64,000 bases of DNA from a virus (IMGVR_UViG_3300037475_000240:62876-126875); one strand, 5' to 3'. Numbered from the stretch's first letter, positions 47,064 to 56,228 are shown. Translations and numbers: made by a program. The notes: generated from the sequence alone by a model not told the origin.

Positions 47064-47427
47064 TTTTTATTTCCTTCATTTTTGACACAAATTTACGACC
47101 ATGTTCACGCCATTTTTCAACAGCTTCAGCATACCTATTTCCATTATCTTGGCATTCTGATAAATCAATAGGCACTTCTGGATCTTCTAATAATACATCA
47201 GCCAAACTTAGTGGATTAATAAATATTTTCATTCCTCTGGAAGTAATTTTTCCGCCCACTATATTATAGTATGGAAGGCTTTCATCTCGATTAAGTATTT
47301 CTAATCTTCCATCATAATAAGCTGGAACAATTTCTACAAAATGTATATCATTGTTACCAATACAACATTCAGCCTCACCTGACGGATCTTCTTTCATTAA
47401 TAACTCAATTAATTTTTTAGTTTTCAT
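47041..47427 (-). CDS. Hypothetical protein
   Basis: 128 aa, ATGA-coupled to the HD gene. Confidence 0.65.
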   Translation of the reverse strand: MKTKKLIELLMKEDPSGEAECCIGNNDIHFVEIVPAYYDGRLEILNRDESLPYYNIVGGKITSRGMKIFINPLSLADVLLEDPEVPIDLSECQDNGNRYAEAVEKWREHGRKFVSKMKEIKNVVDSTK

Positions 47428-47996
47428 TTAATAAATAATTTCTGACAAATAGCTTTGCCTCGCTTGTTAATTTGATTCCATTTAATTTTAAATGATTCAG
47501 ATGTGCAACCACCAAACATTTTAGAATTAGAATGAATTTCGGCTAATCCTACTATTAACAAAGTAATAGCCTCTGGATACTTAATAAAATTATCTACATC
47601 TATTGCTTTCATTTTATGAATAAGCATATCCATTTTCATTAGTTGAGCGGCTTGTAAATTACCACCCACGCTCAACCAAACTTCATAAGATTTTTCTGCA
47701 TGATTAGGAAAATGTTTCTTACCAAGACTATCTATTTCTAAACAATAAATTTTTCCACAATCATGATAGATTGTATATTCTTCAATAATACTTTCAGATA
47801 ATAAGTTATTTAATATTTGTTCGCGAAATTGAAAAAACCATTCAGGTAATCTCCAGCCTGACAATTCCACATTGTTTTTTAACATAAATAATAATTCAAA
47901 ATAGTGCTCTTTTACAGAAATTCCATGTTGGTAAATGGTTTGATTTTCTGTTTGCAAACAGCTCTGCATATCTAAAATTAATTGACTCTATAACAT
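47424..47996 (-). CDS. HD-domain hydrolase with in-frame TAG at codon 3
   Basis: AGGAG-5nt-ATG TTA TAG AGT CAA...; ML*SQLILDMQSC...QHG...YHDCGK...HFPNHA. Confidence 0.75.
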
Positions 47997-48023
47997 TTTA
48001 ACTCCTAATTATATATACCGTTA

Positions 48024-48368
48024 TTACATAAAAGCTTTAAGCCCTAAAATTTTTTCAAATTCTTTTTGAGAAGAACACTCAATATTTTTACCTTTATAAA
48101 ACCAAGCGACAGCTCCAGTTATAAAAATAACTGCAGGTCCATCTAACCTGTGAATTAATCCATATTCATACCATTCTTTATATTTTCCACTTTGTGAGAT
48201 ATAAGCAGGTCCATTAATTCTATGTAATTTTCCTTCAAAATACCATTCTTCATCACCATTAGAATATTCAATGGCAGGTCCATCTACTCGATGTAAAACA
48301 TTATTTTTATACCATTTGAATCCATTTGCATATTCAAACACACCATTTTTTATAACGTCTTCAGCCAT
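48024..48368 (-). CDS. HRxDGPA-repeat protein
   Basis: Three WY.xG.LHR.DGPA repeats; likely start MAEDV. Confidence 0.7.
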   Translation of the reverse strand: MAEDVIKNGVFEYANGFKWYKNNVLHRVDGPAIEYSNGDEEWYFEGKLHRINGPAYISQSGKYKEWYEYGLIHRLDGPAVIFITGAVAWFYKGKNIECSSQKEFEKILGLKAFM

Positions 48369-48871
48369 GCTGCACATTCTTTTGCATGAGAAACTGATTC
48401 AATAATATCATCTTTAGCTCTATGAGCTTCAGCTTTTTTAAATTCAGGCATACCTAAACTTTGGCAAAATAACTTCACTGAAGATACATCATAGTGACGA
48501 TGAGAAAATCTATCATGAAGTGGTGCCATATATTGTTTAATAAACCCAGCATCAAAATGAATTGCGCTACCAGCATAGATTGGCATGCTTTTTCTATTTA
48601 CAGCAGTAGGAATTAATTTTAATAAATCCTCTTGAACATCTTCAATAGTTGCAGTGCTTTCTAAGCACTCTTTAAGCAAACCATTTTTAGTATGCATTTC
48701 TCTTACAAAAGGATCTAAAGATTCATCTTGGCTAAATTTTAAAACATTTTGATATACAAAATTAATGTTAAAAGGATCTTCTAGAGTTGCTTTATAAACT
48801 GCAACTTCTAATATTTTATCTATTTCAGGTTTAAGTCCAGTTGTTTCTAAATCAATCCAATATAAATCCAT
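48350..48871 (-). CDS. orn: Oligoribonuclease (DEDDh)
   Basis: WIDLETTGL, MHTKNGL, GSAIHFD, HYDVSSVK, HRAKDDIIES. Confidence 0.9.
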   Translation of the reverse strand: MDLYWIDLETTGLKPEIDKILEVAVYKATLEDPFNINFVYQNVLKFSQDESLDPFVREMHTKNGLLKECLESTATIEDVQEDLLKLIPTAVNRKSMPIYAGSAIHFDAGFIKQYMAPLHDRFSHRHYDVSSVKLFCQSLGMPEFKKAEAHRAKDDIIESVSHAKECAAWLKTL

Positions 48872-49362
48872 TATGTGCCCTTCAGTTTTTCTAAAAAGGT
48901 TCTTGGGTCCAATAGTTCTTCTGGCTTAGGCTCATCATGCTTCCAAGTAACATGATGTCTTGTACCTATCGTATACTGCTCTAAATGCAGCATAGTAGTA
49001 CCATTGCCTTTATCTTTTTTTAAAACCGGAACAATGTGTGCTATAACTTCGCCTTCGGTCACTTTATAATTTTTAATTATGTGTGGCAATGGTTTTAATT
49101 CGCAATAACCTACTACGCCAGAATTTCCTTCAATTAAGATTGACCAAGTATCTAACCACCAAGGACTTGGAGGCTCGGCTTCAGCTCCAGTAAAGTGTTC
49201 AATATGAACAACAACTCCATCTTCAATAGATTGAACTTCTTCTCCTGATGAACAATAAAGATCTATTCCAGGATGATAATAAAAAGATCTTTTGAAGGCA
49301 AAGTCTCCGACAGATCCAAGATCAGGTATAGAGGGCTGTTTATTTTTTAATGGCCATTTCAT
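48871..49362 (-). CDS. M23 family peptidase
   Basis: HPGIDL (HxxxD), MLHLE. Confidence 0.75.
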   Translation of the reverse strand: MKWPLKNKQPSIPDLGSVGDFAFKRSFYYHPGIDLYCSSGEEVQSIEDGVVVHIEHFTGAEAEPPSPWWLDTWSILIEGNSGVVGYCELKPLPHIIKNYKVTEGEVIAHIVPVLKKDKGNGTTMLHLEQYTIGTRHHVTWKHDEPKPEELLDPRTFLEKLKGT

Positions 49363-49434
49363 GTAAAATTATTATATATTTTTTATAATATTGATGTTTA
49401 CCATTATTATCTTATATAAGAGTAGGAGAATATT

Positions 49435-50070
49435 ATGACAGCAAAATTAGTTACAGCCGTAAGAACAACATATAATCAACAACAAATGATTAAAGGATTC
49501 GTTGAGGGCTGGTTTAAACAATTTGGATCAGTTCCAAAAAAAGAATCTATTGGGGTTTTATATTCTCAAAATGCATTAGAGACTGGCGGAACAGTTTCAA
49601 TGTGGAACAATAATGTTGGTAACGTTAAATTTGTACCTAATAAAGATCCTAATCTTGATGCAGGCAAAGAATATATGATGTTAGCAAATGTTTGGGAGAT
49701 TATTGGTGGAGTAAAGAAAATATTTAATCCACCAGATCCAGCCACTTGGTTTAGATCTTTTCCAACTTTAGCTGAAGGCATTAGCTTTCATCTTGATACA
49801 TTAAAAAATAAAAATTTTAAAAGTGCATGGACTGCAGTCGATTCAGGTAATCCAGCAGCCTTTGCTCATTTGTTAAAACTAAAAGGATACTATACTGCAC
49901 CTGAAGCAGATTATATTAAGTTAATGAATTTTTATTATTCAAAATATATGAAGGATAGTACGTTTGAAGTTGCTATTAAATCACTACCAGTAGCTCCAGT
50001 TATTGAGGTTGATCCAGCTCCACCCGTAAGTGATTCCTTTTTTGATAAATTTAAAAAAATCTTAGGATAA
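49435..50070 (+). CDS. GH73/FlgJ-like peptidoglycan hydrolase (endolysin candidate)
   Basis: QNALETG, NNVGNVK, FRSF, GYYTAPE..Y. Confidence 0.7.
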   Translation: MTAKLVTAVRTTYNQQQMIKGFVEGWFKQFGSVPKKESIGVLYSQNALETGGTVSMWNNNVGNVKFVPNKDPNLDAGKEYMMLANVWEIIGGVKKIFNPPDPATWFRSFPTLAEGISFHLDTLKNKNFKSAWTAVDSGNPAAFAHLLKLKGYYTAPEADYIKLMNFYYSKYMKDSTFEVAIKSLPVAPVIEVDPAPPVSDSFFDKFKKILG

Positions 50071-50355
50071 AGTTACTGTAGAATTAGTTAATACTGCAAC
50101 AAATTTAGCTTTGAATTTTTCTTGTTCAGGATAATCTCCCAACATAAAAACTGCATTTGCATTTATAATTGTCAAATGATAGTCTGTTAAATGTTGACTA
50201 ATTTCATCTGGCATTCCACCAAACTCTGGATAATAAACTTGAAACCCATAATGGTCTCCGACTAAAAGCACATTATCATTAACGTCTTTAAGGATCCTGT
50301 CTCTATTATCCCAAAACCAATTAACTAATGGTTCTAACCAAACTACCATTTTCAT
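50062..50355 (-). CDS. Hypothetical protein
   Basis: Start ATG 50355; the longer track ORF begins inside the tmRNA. Confidence 0.55.
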   Translation of the reverse strand: MKMVVWLEPLVNWFWDNRDRILKDVNDNVLLVGDHYGFQVYYPEFGGMPDEISQHLTDYHLTIINANAVFMLGDYPEQEKFKAKFVAVLTNSTVTLS

Positions 50356-50377
50356 AATACATAATTTCCTAATAAAT

Positions 50378-50733
50378 TGGTGTAGGCGCAGGGTATCGAA
50401 GCCCTGGTCCACAAAACGTCATTATCGAAATTCATTCACAAGCTTAGTTAATGTTAACGTCACTAACAACGTTGAAAGAATTCGCTCTCACGGGCTATCT
50501 ACATTAATTTCATGTTGAACTATATAGAGTTATCCAACACTATCTTTAGTGGGTTTATACTTCTTTGATTACCAAAAATATCTCATCTGGAAGTATCAAG
50601 TGTGCCCTTAGGCTGCTTGAGCAATGCTATTATCGTTTGCATTTGGACGTTTAATTGCTTTTTATAAGGTTGCAATCATCCTTAGCTTGCATCATTTCGA
50701 CAAATCTTTTCCATGTCGAATCCATTCGCCCAC
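50378..50733 (-). ncRNA. ssrA: tmRNA, tag (A)ANDNSIAQAA
   Basis: 5' GTGGGCGAATGGATTCGAC; 3' CAGGGCTTCGATACCCTG-CGCCTAC-ACCA with G3-U pair; tag ORF at 50608-50640. Confidence 0.92.
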
Positions 50734-50752
50734 ATATTCGTAACAACAGAAT

Positions 50753-50938
50753 TTAACTTCTGCTTTTAAATTGATTTGCTGGTATTGGATGAGCACCATT
50801 CAAATAAGAATTATATCCACCTCTACCATCATCAATCCAAACACTATTATTACCACAACTACATATTAAATAGTAATCAACACCCATGCGAGTGTCTTTA
50901 CCACAAATATGTCCGCAATTTGAACAAACATAATCCAT
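50753..50938 (-). CDS. Small zinc-ribbon protein
   Basis: CSNC...CSC; AGGA RBS. Confidence 0.55.
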   Translation of the reverse strand: MDYVCSNCGHICGKDTRMGVDYYLICSCGNNSVWIDDGRGGYNSYLNGAHPIPANQFKSRS

Positions 50939-50953
50939 ATTAATCCTAATAGT

Positions 50954-51028
50954 TGGAGCTACAGGTGAGAATCAAACTCACGACAACCTACCTACCAAGT
51001 AGGGATTCTATCACTGAATTACTGTAGC
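50954..51028 (-). tRNA. tRNA-Thr(GGT)
   Basis: GCTACAG/CTGTAGC acceptor, CCTAC-TT-GGT-AG-GTAGG, encoded CCA. Confidence 0.85.
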
Positions 51029-51116
51029 TTACTAAGATATTGATGGAGTAACAAGAGAACATTACCACCTGCCCTTTTTCTCTTAAAAATGTATAAGGTG
51101 TTTTCTTCAATATCTG

Positions 51117-51193
51117 TGGAGCCCTGGACCAGGATTTGAACCGGTGACCTGTGCCTTACAAGAGCACTGCTCTACCAACTGAGCTACCAGGGC
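51117..51193 (-). tRNA. tRNA-Thr(TGT)
   Basis: GCCCTGG/CCAGGGC acceptor, AGTTGGTA D-loop, CT-TGT-AA, TTCAAAT, encoded CCA. Confidence 0.93.
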
Positions 51194-51220
51194 ATGTATA
51201 ACATATTTTGTTATGCGTAT

Positions 51221-51248
51221 ATTATAACCACGACAAACTGACTGTCAA
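51221..51248 (-). promoter_or_regulatory. Consensus sigma70-type promoter for the tRNA-Thr/tmRNA unit
   Basis: TTGACA-N16-TATAAT, 27 nt upstream of tRNA-Thr(TGT). Confidence 0.8.
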
Positions 51249-51266
51249 TGGTTTTTATTTTAAAAA

Positions 51267-52052
51267 TTACAGTCCACCTTCTCTAAAAATATCCATACCA
51301 TTTTTTAATATATTACTTAAAAATGATTGATCTCTAGTAAAAATAGGAAGCTCAGAGTTTAAAAACCACTTAGCCTTCATTTTACCATCAACTACTTTAG
51401 GGACTTTATAGTAAGCTGTCCCTCTTTTGAAAGCGGATGGATAGTCATTAAAATCAATATTAGATTCTTGTTTTAAGAGTTCAATTTTTTCGTCTGCTCC
51501 TAATCCTGATAACATCTCTCTAATTGTATTTTTATCATGTTTCTTTAATAATTCATATAGACAGGCTTGATGAAGAGAACTCAAAAAGCTATGTTGTTGC
51601 TTATAAACCATTGTATTAATAGCTTCACCAACAGTGGGTACAGGAAAAACCTGAGATATAAAAATCGGATCACCTAATGTGTTTAACTTAATAGTACTAG
51701 CACAATCATTGAAATGCATAGTAGCAATAGCTGATGTTACTGAACATATTTTTTGAATGTTATTGTCAAACCAAGCTTCAGTATCATTGTTTTGATCATT
51801 TCTAAGTATTAAAGTGATTTCATCACTATGTTGATAGGCAAAAACTACACCTTCAACTTCATTACATATTCTTAATGAAGTATTAAAAATACATTCAGCA
51901 AATTTATTATCATAAGGCTTATCTAATAAAGATGTTAATTTAGAAAAATTCTTTCCATTTATATTAATAATAATTGGAACCTTAGCAATTAAAGTATAAT
52001 TTGTAGTTTTTTGATAAGACTCTATTCGGTCTTTTAAGGTGAGGCTAGACAT
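51267..52052 (-). CDS. Thg1-like (tRNA-His guanylyltransferase family) protein
   Basis: PIIININGKNFSKLT..KPYD, AYQHSDEITL, AWFDNNIQKICSV, FKRG. Confidence 0.85.
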   Translation of the reverse strand: MSSLTLKDRIESYQKTTNYTLIAKVPIIININGKNFSKLTSLLDKPYDNKFAECIFNTSLRICNEVEGVVFAYQHSDEITLILRNDQNNDTEAWFDNNIQKICSVTSAIATMHFNDCASTIKLNTLGDPIFISQVFPVPTVGEAINTMVYKQQHSFLSSLHQACLYELLKKHDKNTIREMLSGLGADEKIELLKQESNIDFNDYPSAFKRGTAYYKVPKVVDGKMKAKWFLNSELPIFTRDQSFLSNILKNGMDIFREGGL

Positions 52053-52073
52053 TCTACTTTAACTATAACTGCT

Positions 52074-52607
52074 TTATTTTATTTGCAATAAGTAATTTTG
52101 AATAATTGTTTTTAAATTTCCACCTAATTTTGTAGTTAATTGCCCGCTTGTGTTAGATGAGGGCAAATTATTTAAAGATGGTTGAGATTTAATATAATTA
52201 ATTTTTTCAGCAATTTGTTCTGATGTAAGAGCTTGTTTAAATTCTTGTCCCAAATTAGTATAAACATATGTGTACATTAACTTACAGAAAGCCATTATGT
52301 TTTTTAAATCTTGAGAGGGTATCTGTGAGATGCCGGCGCCAAAATTATTAGTTTTCATCCACTGTAAATTAACCTGTCCATTACTAGTATAATAGAGTGC
52401 GTCATTCAAGACATTTGATAGTCCATTAATCCATGGAACGTTTTTAGTATTAAAGCCAATTACTAAGCTAGGATAAGCACTAGATGCAGTAAAGGAAGGG
52501 GGTGCGCCCGCCACCGATTTATTTTTATTAACCTCATCAGTCGCCATCTGATTAGTGGCAGCTTGAGCAAGCTTTTTTAAAATAGCAAGTTTGGCAGTAG
52601 TCTTCAT
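52074..52607 (-). CDS. Hypothetical protein
   Basis: 177 aa; N-terminus KLAILKKLAQ. Confidence 0.65.
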   Translation of the reverse strand: MKTTAKLAILKKLAQAATNQMATDEVNKNKSVAGAPPSFTASSAYPSLVIGFNTKNVPWINGLSNVLNDALYYTSNGQVNLQWMKTNNFGAGISQIPSQDLKNIMAFCKLMYTYVYTNLGQEFKQALTSEQIAEKINYIKSQPSLNNLPSSNTSGQLTTKLGGNLKTIIQNYLLQIK

Positions 52608-52633
52608 GTAAAAATATAAAGATATGTATAGAT

Positions 52634-53320
52634 TTATCTCAAAATACTAAAGTGACCATCACACCATTCTGCTGTGAAATCTTTCTTATTTAAAGACCAC
52701 ATCATGAATTTTTCAGGATAATACTCTTCTCTTATATGAAAATACTCAGGAATATCAAAAAAGGCGGAAGAATAAACATCCATATTATTTGGAGAAGCAA
52801 TGGCAAATTGGTCATTATACCAATGAGAGTGAAAGGTCGACCGAGGCATAAATATTTTATTTTCTATATCATGTTCAGGAATAGTTACATTACCATGAAA
52901 TAGTAAATCAGTACGTGAACGAACAACCCAATCATATTCTACATTAGTTTCTAATTGATAGTGTTTTCTAAGTTCATTGCAAGCATATATTTTATAAAAC
53001 ATAGATGCCATGTGATGAGCCGGCTTTGGTTGAGTAACTAGATGAGGAGCATAAATGTTAGCCTCTTTGCGAAGTTCATCTATAAAGCTAGAGTGCTCTA
53101 CTATTATTTTCTTTGGTTTAAAAAGAAAGTTAATATCATTAATTCGATCATTAGTATTATTAATTATTTGATCTTTTCTAAAATTAGACTGATACCCTAA
53201 TTTGTCCCAAGTATGAATAAAAATATCACAATCATATCTATCTAAAAAATATTTTTGCAATGAAGGGTATGTTTGATCAAATTTTCTTAAATGACCAGAT
53301 AAACATAATGCTACTTTCAT
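52634..53320 (-). CDS. Putative glycosyltransferase-like protein (paralog 1)
   Basis: KVALCLSGHLR, DIFIHTW, SMFYKI, YDWVVRSRTD, NDQFA. Confidence 0.6.
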   Translation of the reverse strand: MKVALCLSGHLRKFDQTYPSLQKYFLDRYDCDIFIHTWDKLGYQSNFRKDQIINNTNDRINDINFLFKPKKIIVEHSSFIDELRKEANIYAPHLVTQPKPAHHMASMFYKIYACNELRKHYQLETNVEYDWVVRSRTDLLFHGNVTIPEHDIENKIFMPRSTFHSHWYNDQFAIASPNNMDVYSSAFFDIPEYFHIREEYYPEKFMMWSLNKKDFTAEWCDGHFSILR

Positions 53321-54834
53321 TTAACAAACCCCAATACTCTTTCTAACATCATATTATCTTGAACCATTCCATTGGCTCTTCTAATATTATATTTAATATA
53401 ATCTTTAACTATAGGTAAGTTATTATAATTGATATGGGCGAGCAATAATTTTTCTGGATTTAAATTGGCTCCTGCTTGCAATAAATTTTCTAAATTAGAA
53501 TATAATGAAGAGTATGTATCCATAACACTTGAACTACCATAAGCTAATTGATCATTAATTCCGCCGAAATTACCATGTAATGGTACATGAAGACAAGTTA
53601 AATTAGTATTAGCATCTAAAGGTAAAGGTTGTTCAATATGTAAGTCACTTCTAAATCTAATAACACAATCATAAATTATATTATTTTCTTTTTCATAATC
53701 TTTTTTTAAATTATTACAAGCTTCAATTTTATAATACATACTTATAGTTCCGCCCGCATCTCTTCCAGGAACAGCACGCTGTTTCATTAAATTATTTAAT
53801 TCAAAATATTTAAATGGCTCTATTATAAGTTTTTTAGGATTATAAAAAGATTCTATTTTTTCAATATACTTAGCTGTATTTAAAAGATGTAATTTACTAT
53901 CAGTGAATCTATAGGATGATCCTAAAATATCCCAAGTGTGAATAAAAACATCGCAATCATATTTAGATAAAATATTATCTTTAAGACTTTGATAATTATT
54001 TTCAAATGTACGTAGATGACCAGAAATACAAATAGCAACTTTTAATATTTTGCCACCAGGATTAATTTGTTTTGGACTAGCATTTATTGGATAAACATGT
54101 CTAACTGGTATATTAGTATCTTTTAAGGTTGGCACATAACCTTTAACTGGGGCAGGAGGTGGAGCTTTAGTAATACTGTTTGGTAAATTAAATTTGGAAG
54201 CATTAGTAGATTTTGAGGCAAACCAAAGTCTTCTTTTATTTAAATCTAAAGAATCATCATTTTTTTCTTGCCAGTCATAAGAATAAGGTTTAGAGTTATA
54301 TTTAGAGCCATCAATTCTTTTAAAAGACATTCCTGCTTCATTAAGAATTCTTTCGATGGCAGCGGCACTAGGACGGCTTCCTAAGCCATTTATAGATAGG
54401 TCCGCAATATTCTTGTTCTCATAGACCGGAATGCATTTAAAGGGGTCACTAGAGTCACAGACAGCCGTTTCTAAGACTAGATGAGATGTTGATTGACAAA
54501 CTGCCTTCAAATGCGCCTCATAGTCTCGCAAATGACACAATAAACCTAAATCTAAGATTAAATCAAATTTTTTACCATAAAATGGCCAATTAGAATCTAA
54601 ATCAGCTTTTACAACTTTTATACCTTCAAATTTTTTTGAAACGACCTTAAGGAAATCTTGGCGTGCATCTACACAAGTAATATCAGCACCCAAACGATAA
54701 AGAACTCCTCCAAGGTCACCATGACCACAACCAAGATCTAATACTTTTTTGTGTGCCATAAACTCATGACCATAAAAATCAAGAATTGCTTTTATACGTT
54801 TCTGATTCCAATCTAATTGATTAACTCCCGCCAT
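53317..54834 (-). CDS. SAM methyltransferase fused to a putative glycosyltransferase-like domain (paralog 2)
   Basis: VLDLGCGHG; KVAICISGHLR...YDCVIRFRSD...NDQLAYG. Confidence 0.7.
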   Translation of the reverse strand: MAGVNQLDWNQKRIKAILDFYGHEFMAHKKVLDLGCGHGDLGGVLYRLGADITCVDARQDFLKVVSKKFEGIKVVKADLDSNWPFYGKKFDLILDLGLLCHLRDYEAHLKAVCQSTSHLVLETAVCDSSDPFKCIPVYENKNIADLSINGLGSRPSAAAIERILNEAGMSFKRIDGSKYNSKPYSYDWQEKNDDSLDLNKRRLWFASKSTNASKFNLPNSITKAPPPAPVKGYVPTLKDTNIPVRHVYPINASPKQINPGGKILKVAICISGHLRTFENNYQSLKDNILSKYDCDVFIHTWDILGSSYRFTDSKLHLLNTAKYIEKIESFYNPKKLIIEPFKYFELNNLMKQRAVPGRDAGGTISMYYKIEACNNLKKDYEKENNIIYDCVIRFRSDLHIEQPLPLDANTNLTCLHVPLHGNFGGINDQLAYGSSSVMDTYSSLYSNLENLLQAGANLNPEKLLLAHINYNNLPIVKDYIKYNIRRANGMVQDNMMLERVLGFVK

Positions 54835-54840
54835 GAGTTA

Positions 54841-56220
54841 TTAACCTTTGTAATTATCTAAAAACAATTGATAATCTTCTGGTGTACCTAATCCCCAAAA
54901 AGAAGATGTTGGTATTTCATATGAAATTATTTTCTTGTTATGTTTAATTAAGTAATTATAAGTTGGAGCCAAATAATATTCATTATTTGTTTTATCTTGA
55001 TTTACAATCATTTCTTCGGCGGCAGAAACAAAATCTTCTCCCTTATTAAAATAATACCCTCCAATAGTAGCTAAATTGCTAATTGGATTTTTCTCTTGAA
55101 CATCAATAATAAAGTTATCTTCATTTAATTTAACATAGCTCCACTTAGGATCATTCTCTTTTTTAAAATTTATGATGCCGCCATCCGCCTTCGATACTAA
55201 CATCTTATTAAAAAAATCAATGCTATCCCATTCTAAATATTGATCAGAGTTAATTATAAACAAATGATTATCATTATTAATAAATTTTTTGGCTTTTAGA
55301 ACAGAACAAGCTGCTCCTTCTGTCATTCCATCCAATTGAACTATTTTACAATTAGGGGCAATAAGTGGAAGAAGATAACCAAGATTATATTGTTGATAAT
55401 GAGACTTTTGGACAATAAATATAAAGTTAGCTTCAACATTCATATTTTCAACAACTTGTTGAATCATTGGTTTACCATTAACATTTATTAATGGTTTAGG
55501 TAATTCAAATCCCATTAAACTAAAACGACTGCCTGCACCAGCCATAGGCAGTACAATATTTAATTTATTATCAATCCATTTATGTTTCTTGGTTGGCAAA
55601 CTATTTATTACATTTTTAATATGTTCATAGGTAGTATCTTTTTCACAATCTACTGTACAAACATAAGCCCCTGAACGTTGAGCTGATTCTCTGCCATGAC
55701 CACTGTCTTCTATAATTAGACACTCTTTAGGATCAAGCGATGCATGTAAGAAACTTTGTAAATAAATATCTGGGGCAGGTTTTTGTCTTTTAACACTGTC
55801 ATTTCCAACAATATGATCAAAAATATCAAAAATTCCCAATTTTTTTAAACCTAATTCTACCGTTTGATACATGGCATTAGATACGCAATAAATTAAATAA
55901 CCTTCAGATTTTAGTTTTTGTAAGTCTTTTTTTAGAGTTAAGTTTTCTGAAATTTTATTTTCTATATATTCAACGGTATATTTTTGTTTTAAATCATTAA
56001 TAGGCTTGACATATTCTTGTAAAAGACCTTTTGATTCAACAAGCATTTTTAATTTAGTTTTAGTTGACAAACCATTGAATGTTTTGTTCTGTTCTTCTCT
56101 GGTGATAGTATATTGCATTCCAGCTATTTCTGTAATAGCTTGATTTAATGAAATATAGTGAGCCTCAACTAATTGGCATAACGTTCCATCAAAGTCCATC
56201 ATAATAGCTTTAATAGTCAT
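54841..56220 (-). CDS. HAD phosphatase fused to sugar nucleotidyltransferase
   Basis: DFDGTL, KPAPDIY, IEDS; PMAGAGSRF, PKPLINV, GLGTPED; start ATG 56220. Confidence 0.85.
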   Translation of the reverse strand: MTIKAIMMDFDGTLCQLVEAHYISLNQAITEIAGMQYTITREEQNKTFNGLSTKTKLKMLVESKGLLQEYVKPINDLKQKYTVEYIENKISENLTLKKDLQKLKSEGYLIYCVSNAMYQTVELGLKKLGIFDIFDHIVGNDSVKRQKPAPDIYLQSFLHASLDPKECLIIEDSGHGRESAQRSGAYVCTVDCEKDTTYEHIKNVINSLPTKKHKWIDNKLNIVLPMAGAGSRFSLMGFELPKPLINVNGKPMIQQVVENMNVEANFIFIVQKSHYQQYNLGYLLPLIAPNCKIVQLDGMTEGAACSVLKAKKFINNDNHLFIINSDQYLEWDSIDFFNKMLVSKADGGIINFKKENDPKWSYVKLNEDNFIIDVQEKNPISNLATIGGYYFNKGEDFVSAAEEMIVNQDKTNNEYYLAPTYNYLIKHNKKIISYEIPTSSFWGLGTPEDYQLFLDNYKG

Positions 56221-56228
56221 GCAATCCT

